This document shows, in pieces, positions 56,367 to 62,545 of a DNA stretch of 62,545 nt. How positions within the stretch are numbered: the first letter of the stretch is position 1; each line of letters opens with the position of its first letter. The stretch is from Coriobacteriales bacterium (GTDB lineage: Bacteria; Actinomycetota; Coriobacteriia; Coriobacteriales; UMGS124): positions 1-62,545 of the forward strand of contig JAFWFL010000025.1 of the NCBI GenBank assembly GCA_017515595.1. Reading direction: 5' to 3'. The notes under the pieces were generated by a model. It did no database searches and was not told where the DNA came from. It worked only from the letters and a program-made list of their open reading frames with translations. The position numbers were made by a program, and so were the translations under genes.

Positions 56367-58661
56367 TTACATGAGATCTATAGCATCAATATCACAGGTT
56401 ACATTGATGCCTTGTTTGGATGGTACTTGGTTCAGAGCTTCTTGCAATAAAGCGCCCGGGCTTGATGTGGCATCAGTCTTGATCATAATATGCCAGCGAT
56501 ATTTGCCTTTTATGCGTGATACTACGCACTCGGTAGGTCCCAAAATCTCGTAATAACCATGATACAACTCGAATCTTGTTCTCAGGGCCTGTGCTGCTTC
56601 GCATGCTGTAGTTATGACGGTGTTCTCGGCATCACCCCATACAACAACATTTGATACACGTATGTATGGAGGATATTTTGCTTCCTGCCGTAAAAGCATC
56701 TCTGAATCAATAAACAAAGAGCGCTCATGAGAAGCTGCAGCTTGGATCGCCGGATGATCAGGGTCGTATGTTTGGATAATTACTCTGCCCGGGAGGTCAC
56801 CGCGCCCGGCACGGCCGCTCACTTGTTCGAGAAGATCGTAGGTTCTCTCGGCGCTTCTGAAATCGCAGAGCTTGAGAATGGTATCTGCATTTATGACGCC
56901 TACGAGGGTCACCTGGGGGAAGTCTAGCCCCTTGGCAATCATTTGGGTTCCCAAAAGAACGGCTGACTCTGCGGCATCAAAGCGCTCAAGGCAGCGCTCG
57001 TGACCGCCCTTCTCTCGTGTGGTATCCATGTCCATGCGCACAATTTCTGTCTCGGGCGGGAGCATTGCACGCAGCTGAGCTTCTACCTGCTGGGTTCCTA
57101 CGCCTTTCTTGCCTAAAAAATGAGAGCCGCATACGGGGCAAATACCTGGTACATAAAACTCGCGGCCGCAGGTATGGCACATCATGATGTTCCGGTCAAT
57201 ATGGTAGGTTAAAGACGTTGAACACTGGTTGCAGGTGGGCACATGCCCGCAGTCAGCGCACAAAATAAAGCGTGCAAAACCCCGCTGATTCAATAGCAGA
57301 ACTGCTTTTTGCTGCTTCTCAACAACCTCATGAAGAGCCTCTGTGAGTGGCCGGGAAAACATGGTTCGCACGCCTGCCGCAAATTCACGGCGCATGTCAA
57401 CAATCTCAACCTTGGGAAGCACACGTGTTCCGGGGCGCTGTGACATCTCGATACGGGTCCACGGCATCCCGCCATACTCACCTGTCTGAGCTCTTCTCAG
57501 CGACTCTAGAGATGGAGTTGCGCTGCCGAGAATGAGCAAGGCGCCATGAAGCTCGGCAAATTTTGCCGCTACCTCTCTAGCGTGATAGCGCGGTGCTTGC
57601 GCTTGTTTATAGCTTGATTCATGCTCTTCATCAATAATATAAATACCAGGATTCTTTAACGGTGCAAAAAGAGCAGAGCGCGCTCCAACAACTATATGGG
57701 CATCGCCGGAGCGTATACGTTCCCATTGGTCCGCACGTTCTGATATCGAGAGCTTAGAGTGCAGCACCGCAATGTCATCGCCAAAGCGCGAACGGAATCT
57801 GCCCACTGTTTGGGGAGTCAAAGCAATCTCAGGCACCAGGACACATGCATCCCTGTTCAGTGCGCGCGCTGCCTCTATAGCCTGTAAATAAACTTCTGTT
57901 TTACCCGAGCCCGTCACACCGTCGAGAACCAAAACCGAGCCCTCGCCTTTTTGAAGTGCGCGATGGGCAAAAGAAAGCGCCTTCTTTTGCCCATCTGTAA
58001 GCTCGTGTATTTCGCGCTTGGGTGCTGCGGCACTTGAAAGCGATGTTTCTTGGTTACCGCGATACTTACGCCTGTGCTCAAGAGAGATAATGCCTTTCTT
58101 TACAAGGCGGTTTACTATAGAAGTAACACTACCGAGTTCGAGCGCAATTTCTACCTGGCGTGCCGGGCCCTTCTCGAGGATTTCGAGAAGCCTTCGCTCG
58201 GTAGAGGCGTTCTTTCTCGGCGTATAACCACAAGCTTCTTCTGCAAGCTCAAGCCAGCGGTCATCTGCGGGGCGTATCTCGGAGGTTTTTAAAGACCATT
58301 CACCGGTTTGCTCATTGCGTACAGTTTTTGCGGCAAAACCGGGAGGGCAAAACAAACGTGCAACCGTACCGGGAGGCGCTGCGTATTCCTGAGAAATCCA
58401 TTGAATGGCACACGCTGCCTTCTCGTCAAAAAACGGATCTGAGATAACGCTTGTAATGTTTGATATACGTGATTCATCAAGGTCCTGAGGCTTTTGTGCC
58501 TGCGCGTCAAGAACATACCCAACGCAGGCTCTGTGCCCAAATGACACCAATACACAGCACCCTACGCTCACCTTTTGCTCGAGTTCCTGCGGAATCCCGT
58601 ACACAAAGGGAGCGGTTAGGGTACGTACCGTAATATCTATTGCGACCAATGCATAGCGCAT
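56367..58661 (-). CDS. priA: Primosomal protein N'
   Basis: GVTGSGKTEVY, DEEH, SATPS, four CxxC, GTQMIAKGLDF, QVSGRAGR. Confidence 0.96.
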   Translation of the reverse strand: MRYALVAIDITVRTLTAPFVYGIPQELEQKVSVGCCVLVSFGHRACVGYVLDAQAQKPQDLDESRISNITSVISDPFFDEKAACAIQWISQEYAAPPGTVARLFCPPGFAAKTVRNEQTGEWSLKTSEIRPADDRWLELAEEACGYTPRKNASTERRLLEILEKGPARQVEIALELGSVTSIVNRLVKKGIISLEHRRKYRGNQETSLSSAAAPKREIHELTDGQKKALSFAHRALQKGEGSVLVLDGVTGSGKTEVYLQAIEAARALNRDACVLVPEIALTPQTVGRFRSRFGDDIAVLHSKLSISERADQWERIRSGDAHIVVGARSALFAPLKNPGIYIIDEEHESSYKQAQAPRYHAREVAAKFAELHGALLILGSATPSLESLRRAQTGEYGGMPWTRIEMSQRPGTRVLPKVEIVDMRREFAAGVRTMFSRPLTEALHEVVEKQQKAVLLLNQRGFARFILCADCGHVPTCNQCSTSLTYHIDRNIMMCHTCGREFYVPGICPVCGSHFLGKKGVGTQQVEAQLRAMLPPETEIVRMDMDTTREKGGHERCLERFDAAESAVLLGTQMIAKGLDFPQVTLVGVINADTILKLCDFRSAERTYDLLEQVSGRAGRGDLPGRVIIQTYDPDHPAIQAAASHERSLFIDSEMLLRQEAKYPPYIRVSNVVVWGDAENTVITTACEAAQALRTRFELYHGYYEILGPTECVVSRIKGKYRWHIMIKTDATSSPGALLQEALNQVPSKQGINVTCDIDAIDLM

Positions 58662-58664
58662 AAA

Positions 58665-59939
58665 CTAATGTGAGCTTTCTGCAGCTCTGATGAGCTCTTG
58701 CGTGCGATTTGTTTCTTCCCAGGCAAAGCCCTCGCCCTCGCGGCCAAAATGACCGTAAGCGCTTGTTTTCCTAAACTGCGGTTTGCGCAGGTTAAGCTGG
58801 TCAATAATCGCTCCGGGCCTTAGGTCAAAAACCTCATTGATTGCAGCTTCAATAGCCTTTACCGGAACATGGTTGGTATTATAGGTATCGACCATAAGCG
58901 ACAACGGCTTTGCAACGCCAATGGCATAAGCAAGCTGAATCTCGCATTGGTCAGCCAGACCGGCAGCCACTACGTTCTTGGCAACCCAGCGTGCCGCATA
59001 TGCCGCCGAGCGGTCAACCTTTGTGCAGTCTTTACCGCTAAACGCTCCGCCTCCGTGCCTGCCCATGCCTCCGTAGGTATCCACAATGATCTTACGGCCG
59101 GTAAGCCCGGTATCGCCCATAGGGCCGCCCACAACAAAACGTCCGGTAGGATTAACATAAATCTCAGCATCATGCCAAGCAATGCCTTGCTCGTCAAGAA
59201 CCGGTGCAATGACTTCGCGGGTAATATCGTCACGAATAAGCTTCATTGAGCTAATTGCGTCATCATGCTGTGTCGAAACTACAATCTTATCTATCGCAAC
59301 AGGAAGCCCGTTCTCATAACGCACGGTTACCTGAGTCTTCCCGTCAGGGCGCAGGTAGTTAATAATGTTTTCTTTTCTAACCTTGGCAAGTCTTGAAGAA
59401 AGCCTGTGCGCCAAATAAATAGGCATAGGCATAAGCGTGGGTGTCTCGCGTACTGCATAGCCAAACATCATGCCCTGATCACCGGCGCCAATGAGCTCAT
59501 ATTCATCTGTTGCCTTGGCTTCTCCTTGCTGGACTTCATAGCTCTTGTCAACACCTGCAGCAATGTCTGCACTCTGATCATGAATAGCAGTAAGAACGTT
59601 GCATGTCTCTGAATCAAAGCCAAACTTTGCACGTGTGTATCCAATATCGCGCAGGACTCCGCGAACTATGCGCTCAACATCCACATATGCCTGGGTACGG
59701 ATTTCTCCCGATACCAGAACGAGGCCTGTTGTAGTAAAGCACTCGCAGGCACAGCGCACATTCTTAACGTTTGCCGCTTCTCCTGTGGGCGAAATATAGC
59801 CTTTAGCTTGAAGCTCCGTCTCCTGTGCGAGCAAAGCGTCGAGCACCGCATCGCTAATTTGGTCGCATATTTTGTCGGGATGACCCTCGGTAACACTCTC
59901 TGAAGTAAAGAGGAAACTTCTGCCTTGATGTAAACCCAT
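58665..59939 (-). CDS. metK: S-adenosylmethionine synthetase
   Basis: [42 protein letters not shown]. Confidence 0.98.
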   Translation of the reverse strand: MGLHQGRSFLFTSESVTEGHPDKICDQISDAVLDALLAQETELQAKGYISPTGEAANVKNVRCACECFTTTGLVLVSGEIRTQAYVDVERIVRGVLRDIGYTRAKFGFDSETCNVLTAIHDQSADIAAGVDKSYEVQQGEAKATDEYELIGAGDQGMMFGYAVRETPTLMPMPIYLAHRLSSRLAKVRKENIINYLRPDGKTQVTVRYENGLPVAIDKIVVSTQHDDAISSMKLIRDDITREVIAPVLDEQGIAWHDAEIYVNPTGRFVVGGPMGDTGLTGRKIIVDTYGGMGRHGGGAFSGKDCTKVDRSAAYAARWVAKNVVAAGLADQCEIQLAYAIGVAKPLSLMVDTYNTNHVPVKAIEAAINEVFDLRPGAIIDQLNLRKPQFRKTSAYGHFGREGEGFAWEETNRTQELIRAAESSH

Positions 59940-59991
59940 ACATCACTCCTTAAACAATTTGTCTTATGGTGTAAATACCATCTTATAACTC

Positions 59992-62545
59992 TTATAACTC
60001 AATCAATGGGTGCAATTGTGTCATGGTAACCGTGCGGCGGTGCCATGCAACGAGGCAGGTAATAATGAAGCAAACCACACCCACTGCCAAAAGAATTACT
60101 GCGGGTTCTATTGCCATGGAGAGATTCACTCCGCTAATAACCTGCTTGAGACCGCTTACTACATATGTCATTGGCATGTAGGGCGAAAGCGCTTGGAAGA
60201 ACTCGGGGCACGTCTCAATGGGGAATGTACCCGCCGCAGTGGTAAGCTGGAGCATGAGGAAGATAATGGCAATAAACTTGCCGGGGAATCCAAATGCTGC
60301 CATGCACAGTTGCAAAATACTTGCAAAGGTGAATGCTGTCAATATAGCAAACCCATAGAATGCAAGCGGGTGGTTAATCTCTATATGAAGCGCAAACTGT
60401 ACAACAAGGCAGAGCAAAACTGCCTGAATCAAACCAATAATAAGGGTTGGGATCAAACCGCTCAGTGCGGCTACCACAGGATGCGCACCGCTCGAAATAA
60501 GCCTGTTGTTGAGCGGTTTCACAAGGAAGGTGAGCATAAGAGCGCCAACCCAGAGACCGAGTGCGATAAAGTACGGTGCAAAACCGGTACCATAGTTCTT
60601 TACGTTGGTATAGTTGCTGTTTTCTATAACAACCGGCTCGCTCATCATAGCAGCATGAGCGTTAATTTGTTGTTGGTCCATATTGTTCATGGCCGCAACG
60701 CCGGTATTGAGACCTTCATAGAGATTCTGAGCGCCGTCTTTTGCAGAAGCAAGACCACCGGTAAGGCTTTGGCTTCCTTCATAAAGAAGCTTGTTGCCGT
60801 CAGCGAGTGTCTCGGTTCCTTCATGAAGCTTCTGCGCACCATCCTTAAGCTCAGCTGCACCGGTATAAATCTTGTCTGCACCGTCTTTTGCGGCTGTTGT
60901 ACCCTCAAGAAGCTGCGCGGCTCCTTCATCGAGAGCGGTTGCACCTTCGTCTGCGCTGACAATACCAAAGTAGAGATCTGTTGTTCCGTCAAAGAGGGAT
61001 TGTGCGCCTTCAACAAGCTGGCTCGAACCGTCCTTCGCAGAAGCAATACCCTCATCAAGCTCGGTTGCACCGTCTGCAAGCTGACGAGCGCCTTCGAGCA
61101 AGCCTGCATTGAGCTCAGTGCCGTTAATGCCCTCGGCTATTGCAGCTGCACCGTTTGCAACTTGGGCGGTTCCGTCCTTAGCTACAGCCAAACCTTCATC
61201 GAGCTGCTTGGCACCTTCATCTGCAGCAACAATTCCGTCATAGAGATCATTTGTACCGCTATAGAGCGTTTGAGCACCCTCACTCAGTTGAGTTGAACCC
61301 TCTTTAGCTGAGACAATTCCGTCATAGAGTGTCTGGGTTCCGGTTGCAAGTTGCTGAGCGCCTTCTACCAGACCCATTTGTTCCTGCGTACCGTTAATGC
61401 CGTTTGCAAGAGCCTGAGCCCCTTCGCTCAACGCAGCCGTGCCGGCTTTGACGGTTTCTAAGCCGGAGTTGATTTGAAGGGCACCGGTACTTGTGGAATT
61501 TATGCCACTGTTCAAAGCCGCTGTGCCTGCTACCAGGTCAGAAGCACCGGTTGCGAGCTCAGAAGAGCCTTCCTTAACGGATGCAATGCCTGCGTCAAGC
61601 TGAGTTGCGCCTTCGGTTGCAGATGTAATGCCGCTGTCGAGCGTTACGGTTCCGTCGTAAAGTGTCTGGGCACCGGTTGCAAGTTCTGCCGAGCCTTCCT
61701 TAACGGATGCAATGCCTGCGTCAAGCTGAGTTGCGCCTTCGGTTGCAGATGTAATGCCGCTGTCGAGCGTTACGGTGCCGTCGTAAAGTGTCTGGGCACC
61801 GGTGGCAAGTTCTGCCGAGCCTTCCTTAGCGGATGCAATGCCTGCGTCAAGCTGAGTTGCACCTTCGGTAGCAGAGGTAATGCCGCTATCGAGCGTTACG
61901 GTTCCGTCATAGAGCGTCTGGGCACCGGTTGCGAGCTCAGAAGAGCCTTCCTTCGCAGAAGCAATACCGGCATCAAGCTGAGTCGCGCCTTCGGTTGCTG
62001 AGGTGATACCGCTGTCGAGTGTTACCGCGCCATCGTAAAGTGTTTGGGCGCCGGTTGCGAGCTCAGAAGAACCTTCCTTCGCAGAAGCAATGCTAGCGTC
62101 AAGCTGAGTTGCACCTTCGGTAGCTGAGGTAATGCCGCTGTCGAGCGTTACGGTTCCGTCGTAAAGTGTCTGGGCACCGCTTGCAAGTTCTGCCGAGCCT
62201 TCCTTAACGGATGCAATGCCTGCGTCAAGCTGAGTTGCGCCTTCGGTTGCAGAGGTAATGCCGCTGTCGAGCGTTATGGTTCCGTCATAAAGTGTCTGGG
62301 CACCGGTTGCGAGCTCAGAAGAGCCTTCCTTCGCAGAAGCAATACCGGCATCAAGCTGAGTTGCGCCTTCGGTTGCTGAGGTAATGCCGCTGTCGAGCGT
62401 TATGGTTCCGTCATAAAGTGTCTGGGCACCGGTTGCGAGCTCAGAAGAGCCTTCCTTAACGGATGCAATGCCTGCGTCAAGCTGAGTTGCGCCTTCGGTT
62501 GCAGATGTAATGCCGCTGTCGAGCGTTACGGTTCCGTCGTAAAGT
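59992..62545 (-). CDS. YhgE/Pip-family membrane protein, C-terminal part; 5' end lies beyond the window
   Basis: xxxLxxG heptads followed by NYGTGFAPYF, QLTTAAGTFP, PMTY and TM helices. The frame stays open from 61515 to the window end, so the track's start is an artefact. Confidence 0.92.
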   Translation of the reverse strand, partial: LYDGTVTLDSGITSATEGATQLDAGIASVKEGSSELATGAQTLYDGTITLDSGITSATEGATQLDAGIASAKEGSSELATGAQTLYDGTITLDSGITSATEGATQLDAGIASVKEGSAELASGAQTLYDGTVTLDSGITSATEGATQLDASIASAKEGSSELATGAQTLYDGAVTLDSGITSATEGATQLDAGIASAKEGSSELATGAQTLYDGTVTLDSGITSATEGATQLDAGIASAKEGSAELATGAQTLYDGTVTLDSGITSATEGATQLDAGIASVKEGSAELATGAQTLYDGTVTLDSGITSATEGATQLDAGIASVKEGSSELATGASDLVAGTAALNSGINSTSTGALQINSGLETVKAGTAALSEGAQALANGINGTQEQMGLVEGAQQLATGTQTLYDGIVSAKEGSTQLSEGAQTLYSGTNDLYDGIVAADEGAKQLDEGLAVAKDGTAQVANGAAAIAEGINGTELNAGLLEGARQLADGATELDEGIASAKDGSSQLVEGAQSLFDGTTDLYFGIVSADEGATALDEGAAQLLEGTTAAKDGADKIYTGAAELKDGAQKLHEGTETLADGNKLLYEGSQSLTGGLASAKDGAQNLYEGLNTGVAAMNNMDQQQINAHAAMMSEPVVIENSNYTNVKNYGTGFAPYFIALGLWVGALMLTFLVKPLNNRLISSGAHPVVAALSGLIPTLIIGLIQAVLLCLVVQFALHIEINHPLAFYGFAILTAFTFASILQLCMAAFGFPGKFIAIIFLMLQLTTAAGTFPIETCPEFFQALSPYMPMTYVVSGLKQVISGVNLSMAIEPAVILLAVGVVCFIITCLVAWHRRTVTMTQLHPLIEL
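61544..62545. repeat. Coding tandem array of 126-bp (42-aa) units, at least 8 copies
   Basis: Units start at 61544, 61670, 61796, 61922, 62048, 62174, 62300 and 62426; consensus AQTLYDGTVTLDSGITSATEGATQLDAGIASVKEGSSELATG. Confidence 0.95.

Noticed and set aside
208-59896. Many short overlapping or antisense ORFs in the track
   Set aside because: They lie inside well-supported genes and show no motifs
60010-62001. Long + strand ORFs of 428 and 175 aa
   Set aside because: Antisense shadows of the repetitive Pip gene with no recognisable motifs
61544-62545. Regular repeats suggesting a CRISPR array
   Set aside because: Units are contiguous with no unique spacers, are a multiple of 3, lie in an open frame, and no cas genes are present

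Overview
Core-chromosome segment of a bacterium whose proteins and gene order look most like Coriobacteriia (inference, no search run). It holds about 50 CDS, mostly on the minus strand, and one tRNA-Ala(GGC). Housekeeping blocks: pepP-aroK-A24 peptidase-yqeG-mltG-ruvX-alaS; DUF948/anti-sigma/SigB-SigF-type sigma factor; rarA-dGTPase; trpS; ligA-copA; degV; ileS-lspA-rluD; ftsH; and a long Firmicutes-like run metK-priA-def-fmt-rsmB...thiN-rpmB-ABC-asp23-DAK2-recG-rsmD-coaD-rpmF-plsX-acpP-rnc-smc-ftsY-ffh. I saw no integrase, transposase, CRISPR array or rRNA. The main unexplained structure is a 223-bp element at 53103-53325: perfect 56-bp inverted arms, which include the larE stop codon, enclose a separately folding GC-rich 111-bp core. 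Other leads are a YhgE/Pip protein with at least 8 near-identical 126-bp tandem units, a 41-bp duplication of the ligA 3' end around a hairpin, an uncharacterised protein with two H...CxxxC...H domains behind a perfect palindrome, a degenerate RsbW-like anti-sigma with no RsbV, and a palindrome shared by the degV and ABC/rpmB intergenic regions. Several start codons were moved from the ORF track to fit Shine-Dalgarno sites.
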